From the NCBI GenBank assembly GCA_051362555.1, contig CM120640.1, positions 23,546,225 to 23,610,224 of the forward strand: a stretch of DNA of 64,000 bases, written 5' to 3'. Below, one piece after another: positions 1 to 15,200 of the stretch. The translations under genes and the position numbers were made by a program. The notes under the pieces were generated by a model. That model searched no databases, had not been told where the DNA came from, and was given only the letters and a program-made list of their open reading frames with translations. Each line of letters starts with the position of its first letter. The stretch's first letter is position 1. Source of the DNA: Lingula anatina. Taxonomy: Eukaryota > Animalia > Brachiopoda.

Positions 1-2581
1 TTAATGTTAAATTTATGGAATGATGGGGTAAAAAGTCACTGACAACTCTATATGAATATCTATATATGCAGGGTTTAAACGGTATTGCTAATACATGTAC
101 ACTTAAATCAATTTACAATATTTCTAGTCACAAATTTGCAAGTCAAAAAAATGCTTATACACTTTTTTGAAACATTTTGTATTTCTTATTGTTTGTCTTT
201 TAAAATGGTCAATTTTTATTAAATACATGGAATTTATTTTTTGAACGTGTCCATTTTTTTTTTTTTTTTTTTTTGAGAATGTGAATGTAAATAGGTATCA
301 TCCAGGATTGATACTTCATTTTCAAAAAGAATCTGATATGTGTATTCACAAATAGAGGCAGAGAAGTTTGTGTTCATTTTTTTATATCATGAAATCAATC
401 CAGTGCATTTAAACACACATAACCCAAAAGCATTTTAAGCTTGTTTAGGTGCTGTTGCCATATTAGTTTGGGAATACACTGAAATACTGTTTTGCATAAC
501 CTGCATTTTCTTAAGCACTGTACTACTGAAGTACTGGGTAGAGTGTGCAGAGCAAATAAACCAGTCCTTCATTACTACATTAATGCAAGGGTGAGATATT
601 GCTTTTTGTATTCTATTCTTTAAGTTTCACTGAAAGTTGTAGAACACAGAAAATGTAACAATATATAGTTTTTTTTAACTCGAGTTATTCATTTACAACA
701 AGTAAATTTTTATATGCCATTGATTATTTATACAGACAATCAAAACTGTTTATTTTGCCATTTAGCTAGTCACCCCTGGTATTAAAACTAAATCAGCGTA
801 CCAAAGTGATTTCACACAGACACAGAATTATTGTAGATGTCACTGGGTCAGTTTTATTTTATATTCTTACGTAGTTGTGTATTCCTCAGGTGCTGCAGGG
901 AGTTTGAAACTCCTTGGGTGCTAGTATTACTTTGATCTGCAATTTTTTTTCATTCATTAAGTGTGGAACTTAACATAGTATTTATTGGGAATTGATGGAC
1001 TTTCCTTTTTTCAAGCTGTGTGTATTCCAGTTGAAGCACATATACTCAGTATTTTTTCATGTGGAAGTTGTTGTATTATTTTTTCAAAGAAAGGGTCTTA
1101 CATTATACGTTTGCATTGTAGGGGGCACTTAAATTTTAATAGCTATTCATATATATTGAGTTGTCATCATTCAAAGACCACCATTAAAATATATGATATA
1201 TGGTAAACCCAACAGTCTCTTCTTAAATTTTCTAAAATATCCATTTCTATTTAGGTAGTACATGATCGAATTAACACACAGAGAGCATGCTTGTGTGCAT
1301 TTGTTTTGGAGATATTAACTAACCTTTTTACAGCATTTTTTAGACATTTAATATCATAGATATTATTTTGCATTCTTTTTTTCCTTTGGTCATTTATATG
1401 AAATACAATTTTCAAAACAATATATGTTTGAGGTCTTATTCTGATGGTCAAGGACATAACTTACACTGATGTGTCAAGTAATAATAAAAACCATTCATTT
1501 GTTGTTTCTCCATAGCTCGGGGTGTTTTTGGCACCTGAATTTTTTAAATTTCATTAATATAGTTGAATTTCAGATATATTGGAAATTATTATCTGTACCT
1601 GAAATATCTTGCCTAAATCCCAACTATTTGTGATGTCCATTTATTATTTTTTTTTTTAAGTTTCTTTCAAACCCATACTTTGGCTTAATTTATACCACCT
1701 TCCTGTTACCCATTTTTCTGCTTAGCTTACCTTTATTTCCTTGCAACACATTTAGTTTTTATTGAAAGTTGTTGGACCAAAAAGGTTAATTAAAGAGAAG
1801 TGACAAAGGAATCCATTTCATATTTTCAGTAAGATGTCATCTAACCATTGCATTTTCTTCATCTTTTTATTATCCAAATATGTTACTGTAAATTGTTATG
1901 GGGCAAAGGTTAATTTCATTTCTTTAGAAACTTACATATGTCAGCTGTCTCTCTCCGTTTAAATAATACACACACATAAAATTTATGATGAAAACATATT
2001 CACAGGTTGAGATTTAAGATTTAAAACTTACTTTTGATAAAGATGAGTGTGATACTGAGGAGTGTTCAAAAAGGGAAATGTTCAAATATTTGTTTTACTG
2101 TGACCAATAAAGCCTGGCAACACCACATTGACATATTTTACCAATCCGCAATTCATAAAAGTTGTCAACAATATATTTCAAGATAAGAGTAGTATGTGTA
2201 AAATGTTACATTTATATCCAAAAAGATGTAAAATATAGTATGCCTGGCTGACAAAAACCCAACAAGTTGACTAGAATGATTCAACTCAAGACAACTGCCC
2301 CTTTCTCTTTTCTTGCCTAATGAATTTACACGAAATTGTGTGTAAGAAAAGTATCTCTTTATTTTGATAATGATATGTTGCTGATACAACTGTTAAGGAA
2401 GAAAATATCGTATGACTTTAGTCTGAAAACAAAAATCAGTTTGGATTTTAATAAACAACAATTTCGGCATATGCCATCCTTTAAAGTTATTATTTTCATA
2501 CTATCTCTATAATCTTGTTTCTTCTCTCTATCTTTTAACACGACGGTGGGTGTGGTGTCCTGAAATGCCCCCTGGCGAGAG

Positions 2582-2631
2582 GCCATATTTCATGTGACGT
2601 AGTCACGTGACCCGTACACGCTGCCATATTT
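2582..2631 (+). promoter_or_regulatory. Proximal promoter of the NHERF-like gene: palindromic E-box/CLEAR-like GTCACGTGAC, an adjacent CATGTGAC and two GCCATATTT (YY1-like) motifs
   Basis: GTCACGTGAC at 2602-2611, CATGTGAC at 2591-2598 and GCCATATTT at 2582 and 2623, in a locally CpG-rich patch 60-110 nt upstream of the ATG at 2692. Confidence 0.5.
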
Positions 2632-2691
2632 GTTGTCATTGCAGACACGCTTATTACCGTGGTAAGTCCTGGAGGAATAACGTCGATAATA

Positions 2692-3073
2692 ATGAGTTCG
2701 TATGTGCCAGAAGACGCACCACAAGTGCGTTTATGTCACTTGCGTAAATGGAGTGACTTCAACGGCTATGGCTTTAATCTCCACGCTGAGAAAGGAAAAG
2801 CAGGCCAGTACATTGGTAAAGTGGATCCGGATTCCCCCGCAGAGGCGGCACGTCTCAAAGAAGGGGACAGAATCGTTGAAGTCAATGGAGTAAATATTGG
2901 CAACGAGAACCACCAGCAGGTCGTCAGCAGGGTGAAAGCTGGAGGGGATGAGACCAGATTGTTAGTGGTAGATGCTGAGGCGGATAACTATTACAAGGAG
3001 CATAAGATTGTCATCAGAAATGACCTTCCATCAGTAGTGGTATTTGCAACACCAGCAGACCGCAATAGTAAAG
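2692..3073 (+). CDS. NHERF1: NHERF-like exon 1 (PDZ domain)
   Basis: ATG at 2692 in ORF 2659-3087, GYGF carboxylate-binding loop, donor G|GTAAGC at 3073/3074. Confidence 0.92.
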
Positions 3074-6000
3074 GTAAGCTTCCCTGACTCATTTAGCCCC
3101 AAACTGAAGGGTAAGACGGGATCGAAGGCTACGCCCACAATTCACCTTCAGACTTAAAAAGATTCACACTTTTTGAATACAAGCAACAAGTGTCAGATAG
3201 TGCCCAAATGCTATTTGAAACGGCTGGGGAGTGGTAACTGTTGAGTAAACAAATAAAGTACTGAGGGCAGATTTTATCAGAAGATTTTATCTGACTAGAC
3301 TAGATTGAGAGTGGGTGTTCTTCATTTCACAGCTAGTTGACTTATCCCGGCTACTCAAGCTGGCAAATCCCTGTTTGCTATGTTTTTAATGTAGTGCCTA
3401 ATGGCATATTTGCAGCAAGAGTACACTGGAAAAAATAGCAATAAAAAAGTCAAATATAGCACTTTTAAAGCAAACAGTTGGGATCTCTAACCCATAGTGT
3501 TCAGGATCCTAAAATTGTAACTTGGACAAATAAAGTGAGTTATTCATCCCCAGTTGTAATTGGAATATCCCTTCCATGTGTGCCACATGGGAAGTTTGAA
3601 GTGAGAGGTTAATTAATTGAGAGTGAGATGATATTATATTTCCCACCCCTAAGGCACAAGCGTACTCTTTTTCCAATTTGTGTACCCACATTAAATAAAG
3701 GTGTCATGATACAACCTGAATATCCAAGTATAGTTTTTCCCAATTAATTCAAGCTCGACAAAAATAGGTGTGCTATACTTAAATTATTCTCATTTCCCTG
3801 GGGAGTGAACAACCCTAGCAAGTGATACAGTTCAACTTCAAATAAATGCACCATGACCAGACCTTCACCCCACCTTTTTAAACCGAGGAGATAGAAACAC
3901 CTCTTTCAGAATGAATTTTGTCATGCCTGAACTATTAGGGATCATATACCCGTGATTACCAAAGTTATGGGGACAACATAAAGCTTTATATAATAAAAAT
4001 GATGTATTGGGCACAGAAATGTTATTATAGTTGAAGGTTCTCTAACTACTATACAAAATACAGTGTTATGCAACATGCATTATAAAAAGCTACCAGCAAG
4101 TGAATAAGACCCCTTTATGGTGACTCGAAGTTTTATGGCCTGTGATATGTGCTTCTTTGAAGGACAGGAGATCTGCTGGATCTGTCCACTAACCAGGAAA
4201 GTTTTCAAAACTTCACTGGCAGAGTAATATAACACCTTCCTTAACAGCACACACTGAAAAGGCACCAAAAGCATTATGTACAAACAATACATATGGCACC
4301 TCTCCAGTTGTCTGTAGTAAGGAGATGACAAGGTGCTGGATTCACACGCCTGTTACACCAGACTAGATATGCAGGTATGTTACTCAACTGGAGTGTGATT
4401 GTGGCCTGCCTATTGAATCGATTGGGTCGATAGAGATCAACCAAAATAACTATTTGTTTGTTTTTCCTCTTTTTCCCCCCTAATTTCCCCCCCAAAAAAT
4501 GACTTTGCCATGCCTTATCAAATGATTGTGGATTTTGGAACAAACATGCCAATCTTCTGCTTTGAAGTCCATCAAACAGTATAGATAAATCCTGTCTGCC
4601 TTGACTCCTCAGTTATACCTACAACCTTTTTATGCCTCCCCCCAGCCTTATATGGCCCTACCTCAACAAAGAGGCTTGATACCACTGCTTAACGTGAGAA
4701 CTTTTTCCATAGTTTTTCTGTTATGTGACAAGAGATAAGCGAGTTGATATCTTCCACAAACATGGATGTTTCAGTGACTTGGTGATTAATGAACTGATTA
4801 TAACTCATCCGTGGTGGTGTATTTAGTGCCTAGTCTAGCATACTAGTCTATCAACAAAACATATTGTGACCTCAGCAGAGAAAAACAAGATTGACTGACC
4901 TGTTAAACACATATTTTATTACCCCTGATATGGTATGGGGGAAGCCATTTAGTTTTATTTAACATTTTTATGAGTGGATACAGCTAGGACTCGGTGATTG
5001 AGTCCTAGGATAAAGTGGTAAAAACATGAGATGTTATTTCTGTGAAATGTATATATTTGAAATATAATATACACTCTTTGCTTAGATTGCTGTAAAGATA
5101 ATTTGTTTTAGATTTGGTCAGTAAAATCAATTTTTTTTTATCGTATTGTAAGTAGAATTTGGTATTTAAAACTTCCTGGTACATAAAAATATGGTGACAA
5201 TAATGATGATAAATTGAGTTAAAAGATTTCAAGTTCTTTTACAGAAACAAGACTAGGGGATTGATCAAATTTATCAGAAGTGCCTTGCTGTGTATTTATT
5301 TACAGAAACAAGATTAGGGAATTGATCAAATGTATCAAAGAAAGAAAAAATTGGAAAAAAATAAGCAAAACTACAACCAAACAGATAATGGATATTTACC
5401 CTCTACCAGTAGGGCCAACTGACTGGTTTTTCACTAGATATACGCAGATAATGGCTCTGGCTAAATATGGTCAGTCTTTTAACTGGCTGGTGGAAAATGT
5501 GCTTCTACTATCTGCTGTCCTGGTAGAGGGTAATGGCTATTCATCAACTGAAGTGATATTTTGAGATATAGGCTTGATGCATTGGCTCCTTTCTATTCCT
5601 TTAATAATTTTCATCCGTGAATTAGATATAAATGCAATGCTGAATTAGATATAAATGCAATGCATGCACATAATTATTATTGCTGGTTAGTCAAGTCCCC
5701 TTGATATTGAGATATGTGACTAAAGTGGTCACTCTTTAGGTGTCAGTGATTAGAACGATTTGAAAGACATTTGTCTGCTTATCATTTCATTGTCTTTGAT
5801 GGTTTCCTATAAATGATCAATGTAACTTACACTTTGTCATGTAACTTAAGTGTACAAGGTTTAGCCTTACGTGTATATATTAACTACTTGGGGCCAATAA
5901 TTGTCACAGTAGAGGTCTTAACTCACACATACAAAGTTTGCGTATTGCCTTTGTGGTATATTGTATTCAAAAGATGGATGATGTCGGAATGGATGGCCAG

Positions 6001-9000
6001 GATATGGCAAACAATGAGAATATTCTGAAAGGTATTTGAATTAATTTGAAATAATTTTAGTGAAACCCTTTGGTTGTTGTTTTATCCTATATTGCACTAT
6101 ATATCCTTCCTTTTTTAATGCTCAGGTGATAGCAATTCATCAGTGGGATGGAATCCTTTCAGCATCATCTTCAAACAGACATTACATATTGATTACCTTT
6201 TAACCTATCCGAGACTGATATATTTCAATTGAATTTTGTTTCCACTAAGTAATTTTATTATGGTGAAACTTATGGTGTTATTGTGAGTTATCTGTATAAC
6301 TGAAATAGGAGAAATAAGTTGACTGATAGGCTGAGGATATTTCTAGGTAATTGCACTTGTCATCTCTTTTATTTGATGTCAGCCATGATATTATGATTAG
6401 GATTTTATGAAACAGTTCCTCCTGTGAGTTGGATACCTCCTAACTGAGATGTTTTAAACTCTCAAAAGGATACTGTTTGAGATGAATAATAAAAGGCAGA
6501 TCTGTGAGATTGCATTTAGCATTTGGAGGCTGTTAGGGGACACCAATTTGTGTGATTGATGAAATGGAAACAGCATGTACATGACAGATCATGAACAGCC
6601 TGCTGGTTCTAGTAATACCACTCCAGCAGCCCTTGTTTTACATCTTTTCAATATATATTCTTGTTAATACAGACACACAATACAAATTGTCATTGCATTG
6701 ATTTGTTCTGTGCATTTTAACTATTCCTTACATTTTGTTGTACGATGGTCTGAATGTAATTGATTTGGAAATGTTTAGTACATATTGTGAAATTTTTGCT
6801 CTGTTTTTATTTTATTAATCGCACTTTTCTTGTTGTCAGTGGTCTGTTAAAGAAGCATGATTGAGTCCATTTTGCCAAAAAGAAGACCTGCTTAGTATAA
6901 TTTTAGTAAAGGTTCTTATCTGTAGGAGTGAACTTTTTGTTAATAAACACCATTTCAGCCCACTCATCCATTCCACAGTACTTTGTGTGGTTTTCCTATC
7001 CCCCAAGTGACAACGCCATAGTGCGTGCTCTGTAGCAGTGGTAGTATAAGTCATGTCTCAGAGTTCACGTAATTTGTATACTGTCCCTTTGTAGGAGGTA
7101 ATGAAGGTGGTGTAAAAGGAGGCCCCACCTAGCAATCTGGACTGCACGGCCAATACTCTGACCCTTAACCTGTCTGACTCACACCTACTACTGCCATAAT
7201 GGTGGGCCACACCTACCCCCACAATATTCTGTGACACATCAAACATTGAAGTTCTACTGAAGTTATCTGATAAGGCTGCCAGTTATTACTGTATATATAT
7301 ATACAGTTTACAGGTGCTTGTCTATGAGAATAAACCCCCCTGTCTGCTGGCTTGGAGAATTTGAATGTTTACTTTGTATGGTTAAGTTGGGTGCAGTGAA
7401 GTACGTATTCCAGTAGGGTGCATAGTTTTGTGTTCTCAAGCTTTGAGCAGAGAATATACACACACCCGTCATGTAATTGTTGGGAAGCAACTTTTGTTAA
7501 ACCCTACAGTGGGTGTAGCAAAATGAGTAGATTAAGTGCTGCTTTATTGACTTAATGCAAGGCGATAACAGAATTTTAGCGATGTGTGTACTTACAGGGT
7601 GTATTCGAAGTATTAAAACTTTGGATCTTTGTGCTTCCTTTTAATTTTGCTATAGAAATTGAGTGCCAAGTCTTAACTGGCTGCTGAAAAAAGTTACTGG
7701 AATTTAATCATGGCAATAAAACTTGAGAAAAAAATCCTCCCTGGTATAGTTCCGGACACATCATCTGCTTTGAAATGTTAGACTGTTAGAAACTTAATTC
7801 ATCAAAGAAACAAACTGAAATTTCCATAATACGTAATGAGAAAAAAATGATGCAACTGTTTAATCACTTAAGTCCCCCTTTCCAAAATGATGACATGGAT
7901 GGACTTTAATATTATTTAGAGATAATATTTAATATTGTATTGTATGCTATCTGAATGATAAAATGGAGTGTTGTCCTTAATTTGTGTCAGTCATACAGTA
8001 ATGTCCATAACTGCCAAAATAGTAGAATTTGATTCTTTATTAGTTGCAGCTTTCTCATAATAAATGTACTTAGGGTCAGTGGGGAATGTTTTGATGGAAC
8101 ACCAGTGTGTGAGTTTTACTGAGTTCAGCCAGTACGAAATTCTAATCACTTACAACCCATACAGAAATCACTTCCCTGATGCATGCAGTGAGATTAGCGT
8201 TCATTATTATACTCGTTGCTTATGATTCCTATCCTAACTTTTCATTATTAATATTATCATATACATACAGTAGTTCCGTTGCTGTACAGTTTTTAGACCA
8301 ATTCACCATTGGTGTGATAAAAGCGACACTTTCAGTTAGAAAGCCATAGGGTATTTTGACCAGTTTTCTTATCAGAGCTTTCTGCCATGGAGTCTGTTTG
8401 GTAGTTGTGAACGGTTCTGTGAACCAGGAAGAAGTCTTTTGTGGGTCCATACAATATTTTCAGCAAAGAATTTGAAAAAGGAGAAAAAAATTATTTTGCA
8501 AAAAGATAGCAGTTAGATTGAACAAATGTTCATAAATGTGTTACTTATACCAGTCAGAAACAGTTGAACCATAAGGGATATTTGTTTGTAAATTGTTGGT
8601 CGATGTCTTCCCCCCCACTCTTATAGAGTCATATGTGAAAAAATGTGTATAAGAATAACTCGCATCTTGAAAAGTTCACTCTTTTGTTCTGACACACAAA
8701 AGAGTCGAAAAATGGGACTTCAGGTGCAACCAGGTATGCCAGAGATGCAAAGGGAAATACAATCCAGGTCTCTTTGACTGGGATATAAAAACATAAACAG
8801 ACCAATTTCAATATAATGTGCTTACATTCCACACTAAGAAACTCTTTAACATTATCAAGAAGAGGAAATGAAAATAATTATTAACTTAATTATTTCTCAA
8901 GTAGCAGTGATGAAATCCTCCTTGGTGTATCATAGGGAATTCTATTTGCCCAATGTTGAGTGCAGTCTGTATAAAACAACATATTTTTAAGCATATAAGC

Positions 9001-12000
9001 TGTATAATCAAATAGATCCCTCCATGAGGTTAAGTCGTCCACTTTCTGTACTATCATAACACAGTACCATTACAAGTAAAACTAGTAGGCCCATTGCACA
9101 CAGCTACTACTAGTGTGTAATATTTAAATTGTCCATCTTATAAGCTCACAGCCTGTAATGTAATGAAGTTGGCATATTTAGTCAAGCTCAGCAGGTTTCT
9201 CACGTTACCTGACTTTCAAGTGGTGACATTGACCCTTATTCAACTACTGATTTCAGAGTACCCTGTAATTTTTCTTCCATATTATATGAAAAAAGTATAG
9301 TCTATTCTGAAATCACTAGATTATTTATGATGAATACTAGTTTTGATGGAGTTACTTTGGTAATTAGATAAAGTAGTAGTGTCTTATGCATCATAAGGAA
9401 GTGCTTTTATTCCTTGATTTGGACATGAGTGATATGATATCCATTATATTGACTGACCAATATTTTCGGAATCATATTTTAATGCTGGAAGCTAAGGATA
9501 AATGTGAATGGGCATATAAATGAAAAATAAAAATTTGATCAAAGTTGAGATAAGTCTGCTTCTTCATTTCCTCTTTGCACATCAGATTTTGAACATTAAG
9601 CAAGTAGATTTATCTTAGGAAGTGGAAGGCGCATTCATTTGTCACATTTCCCCATGTTTTGTAGGTTATACCGTCTTCAAAAATAAATCCTCTTTCAATA
9701 AATGTGCTAATAATTAGTAAATAATGACTTGAAAGCATGTCAACCGTCTGTAGATGTGCTTGAGAGACTGTTGCCATATTTAAAGGCAACTCTTCATAAT
9801 AGTGAAGCATGCCTTCACATCTGTTTGTGGTGGAACTTCATGCATAATTCATGGCCAGTCCTGAGCGGAATTCTAGACTATAAAGATTGTACTAGAGAAT
9901 AACATAGTTGTGCTTAGCAGTTTGCAAAATAAAAATAAAAAATCTGAGCAAAGTTAAATTTAGGATTGCACGGTTCTGTGTTAAAAAGTAAAACCTTGTT
10001 TTAAAGAAGAATTGTGGAATGGAAGATTTATAAAAAATACCTGCATGCCATGGTGTAGTTTTGAATTCTAATATTAAAACACCCAGTGATAAGTGAGTAT
10101 AACCAGGCCCATTTTCCAGTCTCCAATGTACATGTAAAACTTGGTGTTTGGATTGTTGATTGTTGAAAGGGGCAGTAGAGATGACACACCTGTACTCTAG
10201 ACGTTGATAAGGATGGGGATTTGTGTGCATTAACAGCCTGTACAAACACTGCACATGCCTTAGACTCATGTTGATGGGTGTATGTATGTAAGAGATTAGA
10301 TACACTTATATCTGTAGACTATACTATCAAAGAACATCATTTTTTCAAAGAATTCAAGTGTACTGTATTTGTTGTTTAACTTTTCTTTCCACTCAACTAC
10401 CCTTTTGTTATCATGGCATTATATAATTATAGAAATTAGACAAAATAATGTAACAAATAAAGTACCAGTAATATGTGACATGTATTTTTTTTATTTTGCT
10501 GTTTAATTTTTTCACTTGAACGTCAAATTGAAGCCAAGGTCACACTGTCACAATGCTGAGACTCAATTCAGTTTTATTAGGAATTATTGGCTCACGATGA
10601 GTGGTGGCACTAGACCTAGTTTCAAGGACATGGAAGGATTTACTACAATTTCAACCTGTTAAGGTTCAAAAATCAAGTGCAGAATGGTCTAGAATGGCAA
10701 CAGAAAGAAATGCCTTGGTTCATTGCGGTCACATTGATTTATAAAGTACTGTGATAAAAGTACAAGTGATTGGGGCAACAATATTGTTGAAAATGGTACA
10801 GATGTTTCCACTGTGTCTGGACTACATGGCCGCAACATTGAGGACAATTCACATTTTTTCTACAGTTCCCACTAGTGTCCAGGCATGGCCATGAATGTGT
10901 GACCAGTGGAAGAACAAATATATGCAGATTGTGTCGAAGTTCTATTATGGGTTTACCACAACATGTCATGGCCACAAATGTTTCAAGGTGTTCAGTCAGA
11001 GTACTTTCAAAACATTCTTGACTGTTCATGGATCACTGTGCTTCAGGACTGTGTCTCCCACACATGAACAAAATTATTCCCCTGAAAATATTGGGCTAAT
11101 TTTTAGACTGGATCAGAAGTAGTACAATGGATAGGTTTTATAACCTATATATGGCCAATTATTAAGACCAATACTTGATTTTAAAGGGACTACCATGGCT
11201 TTGTTTTGAACTGTGGTAAACTTAATTCTTTAAAAATTGAGACCAATGAATCTTTGGGCTAATATTCTTTTGTGAAAAAAAAACTTCCTCTGGAGCAAGG
11301 ATCTAAAGGAGCCTTGTAAGTCTTACCAGAATACACTAGGATTAACCATGATTTGTAGAATTCAGAAAAATTCTCATCAGAGAAAAATTATCATAAGACC
11401 TGTGACAGTGTGACCTAAATTCAGTGGAAAATGTATAAAATGTAGGTGCAACAAATTATACGTTTTCTTTCTTTTCTTATAGAGCCTTCTACCAATGGCG
11501 ATGCAGGAGAAGTTGTGACCAATGGAACAGCAGCAGTGATTGCTGCAGAGACATCACACACTGTGGAGGTTTGTATTTGTCGTCTGATAAAGAAAATACG
11601 TCAATCTTATCGTAAGTGTTTTAAAATTGTAAGCAGAATGCAAAAACAGAGAAAGAAAACTTTCCCTAATTGACAGTGATTGTTTTGATCGGCAGTTATT
11701 GACCACTGACTATGTAGAACTATAAGGACTGGTGGATATGACTTTAGTCACTGGCCAAGTAATGGTCGCATGTGGGAAGCTCATCATTGTCTATCTAAAT
11801 GGACAATGTTAATAACTTTTCTCACCTAAGATCCCATTTGAATGATGAAGATGACATCAATTTGTCAGTGATATGGGAAATTACTGCTGTGAGATGATAA
11901 ATGGGTTATTATGTCATACATGGCTATTATTTCCATTTTTGGTAAATTAATCCTTGCTGTAAAGGCATGGATTTGTACAACACAAATCTGAATTTATTAC

Positions 12001-12212
12001 ATAATGGCAGAACTTTTTCAGTTTGTATATTCCCTATGTTATTAAGGCATCTGGATGGGGGGGGGGGGGGGGGGGGGCACTACCTAAAAAAAAGAGTTAT
12101 GTACTTGAGATTATGCTTAATTGCAACACATTAAAATGTCTTAGAGGGGAGCTTGAATTTTCCTGCAATCACATTCTAAACTTGCTAAGTTAATGATACC
12201 ACTGTGGACACA

Positions 12213-12243
<31 letters not shown>

Positions 12244-15200
12244 TCTGGAGAATAAATTTTCTAACAGTGATAATCCACTGCTTCAATTTTTTTAATCAGC
12301 AGGTTAAATACAGATGTTTGAATTAATTCTCTTGATTTAAATGGTGCTAAATATCCTTTTATTCCAGACATGTCGGTAAAGGTGATAGTGAAATTTCTTC
12401 ATTTGTGTTACTAATATACCATAATGAGTTTTATAACTTTTGTGCACTTTCATTTACTGGTTAAATTTTCTTTCATAGCAGAAATATGTTAAAACTAATT
12501 TTTGTAAAAACAGCATGTTTATTTCATGGTATTACCATATTAATATATACCCTGATAGGGTTTCATTTCATACTAATACGTGTGAAAGCAATGTTTTGTA
12601 AGGTGTAAAATAACATAAATCACTGTAGATGTCATTTCACTCTGAATGTAATCTGTTGATGCTCAGGATATGTATTCAGCAGAAAATACCCTCAGTGTTC
12701 GCTGATATGTTGTGTATTCATGAGGTGTAGATATTCTATGTTGTATGTTGTATGTGACTGTCCATTGCAGAGTCATGAGGATGAAGTGGAGGACCTTGCC
12801 AATGACTACGAACAAGTTGACATCAGTCCACCAGAGGAGGTAAAAGCCACTCCCGTGTGCAGTAGATTACAGCTTATAACCCACACCGTCTTTCTGCTGG
12901 ACACCTGTACTCTTATAATTGCACAAATCCAATGATTAATGACTTGTAACATTTCTTACTTCTAGAGATCTCAAGTTCTGATAATTGAATAACAATGTTA
13001 CTGACTCGTTTGTTACTGCCTAAGTTTGATCATGTGTCCTGTTGCTCAGGTTTGAGTGTGTGGAAAGCGCAGTCCAGAGACTGTGGTGCATGCTGTGGCA
13101 TTTGCTTTGCACACGTGCATGCACATCATGCGTACCTGTGATTATGCACTTGCACGTAGTAATAGAATCAAGATACCTAACTAAGTTCAACCTTTGCTTT
13201 CAGACTGTTTCATTTTTTAATCTAATTTATCTTCTTTATGATATAATATAACAAAACAGCACAGTAGCTGCCAAAACATTTTGATAAGCCCCTTTGTTTT
13301 GATGAGACAGGAGACTTTTTGATAGTAATACACTGTCCTTTGATATGTAACTTTTGTGTGGCCCAGACTTATCTTTTTGTTTTGAACTTTTTTCATATTA
13401 TATGGTTTGGCTTTATCACTCTGCTTTCCCTCCAGTCTCTCTGCTTGCTTCATTTAGTTCTGGCAGATAGTGTGCTATGAAACATGTTCTTATTAATAGA
13501 CTACAGTTCTAATTATTAACATGCACGGTAATCTTTTCTCATTTTTCCATAGGAAAACCAAGGGAGTCAGCATGATGCATTTTGTAAAAATATCCATGCA
13601 TTAAATATGACAAGGCCTATTATAATCATATTGTTTGATTAGACATTTAAGACATATATAATTTTGGGCTTCTTAAGGAACTTATAGCAACAGTCATTAT
13701 TATTTCATGTTATGATGCTTAATATTAGTTGCTGAATATGAAATATTGTCTTCATATAAAGATTCCCTTGTACTTATGGTATTGCATTCTTGTCTGTTGG
13801 GGATTTGAATGAATAATATGGCGGTAAATCTGTAAAACTTAGTTCTCATAGGCTCAGCGGTGCATGGTACTTCACAACTATTGTGTTGCGCAGGTGCCAC
13901 AATAGCTTGAATAGTCATACAATGGGAATACCTGTGCATTTTGAATACTGCCACCCCACTGGAGCAGAAAGAGTACTTGTAAAACTGAAACTAGGATGTT
14001 AATGCACCCATGTGCCATATTATGAGTCACATGATGAGGGAAGTTTTTTTTTCTCTCTTGAATCAGAGTTCAATATAGTCATGGGTCCTAATTTTGTGGT
14101 TATGTAAAATTGAAACTAGTTGATTATTTGCCACACAGACATGTACCTACATCTCCATGTATGTTGCTCTTATGCCTTTCATTGGCTATTTCATTGTAAA
14201 CAAAAAATTTTTGGAAAAAAAATTCAGTTTCATTTCAAATGAATGTAGTTTCAATCCAAAGCTTACAACAATGGGATTGGGCCATTAGACCTAGCTAACA
14301 GTAGTGACCCTCTTTGAGATTGAATAGTGCCCTTTGTGGCCAGTGAATATGAGTTTTTTATGGGCACTTGACCCCTAGATGGAAATAGTAATATCTCATC
14401 TTGTTTGGTCAGTTGAAAAAAATTTATAAAGTGACCTGTGAACCGTGCATGACTTCTCATGCACAACAGAGAACAATGCCCATTCTTTGCATCTTTTGGC
14501 CTTTTTTTTAAACCCTTGATTCTAGAGATGCTGGTACAGCTTAAAAGTTGAGGTACTCAGTAATTTGTGAAACTTGTACATTAACAAGTTTTACAGCTAG
14601 GATTTATTTTCATTTATGTATAAAGTTTGGGAATTCATTGGTAGCCATATATCTTCATTTATATATTAAATTTATTTCAAACAAGTGACAATTAGTAGCT
14701 CTTCTCTTTTCTCAGTTTATGCTAGCAGTTATAGTACATCATATTCATATGACGTGATATGATCTGGGTTTTGTTCCTGTGAGGTACATACCTTGCTGTA
14801 CTATCTGTGCAGTGGTTGATGTCTCGATGGTGCAGTGTTGCATGTACCACCGCAATCATCAGCCTGAAGACTGAGCACTCAAGATGGGGTTCCCTCCTCT
14901 GCTTTTTAAAAAGATAGAGAAGTTCTTCTAACTCGATCCACTTGGCTGCTTTTTATCATCTCTGAAAGATTAATATGATCTCTTGGCTGAAGATAACTTT
15001 CTGTAAAAAGCGCCTCCTGGCTTTTTGTCCTGTTTTTTGGATGTAAAACATCTTGCAGCATCTTGTTGTTGTGAAGTGCACTGTGATGTAAGACAAGGCT
15101 CCATGTTGTTGGAATTTCACATGGACAGCACAATGGCTCTAGGCAACTACAGTGTATGACTGTGAGGGTGTGTCCTGGATGAATAAAATCCCATCTCTTT

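Noticed and set aside
1-2500. Short ORFs upstream of the NHERF-like gene
   Set aside because: No recognisable protein similarity or consistent exon structure; cannot support a gene.
5618-5663. Short two-copy tandem repeats (also ~5239-5338, ~30070-30122, ~62428-62487) and microsatellites (CA)n ~12208, (TG)n ~58478
   Set aside because: Ordinary slippage duplications in introns; no spacer structure (not CRISPR-like) and no splice sites affected.
3074-11482. Searched intron 1 for a second PDZ-domain exon, as in vertebrate NHERF1
   Set aside because: No PDZ-like translation found; exon 1 joins exon 2 in phase, consistent with a single-PDZ Sip1-like protein.
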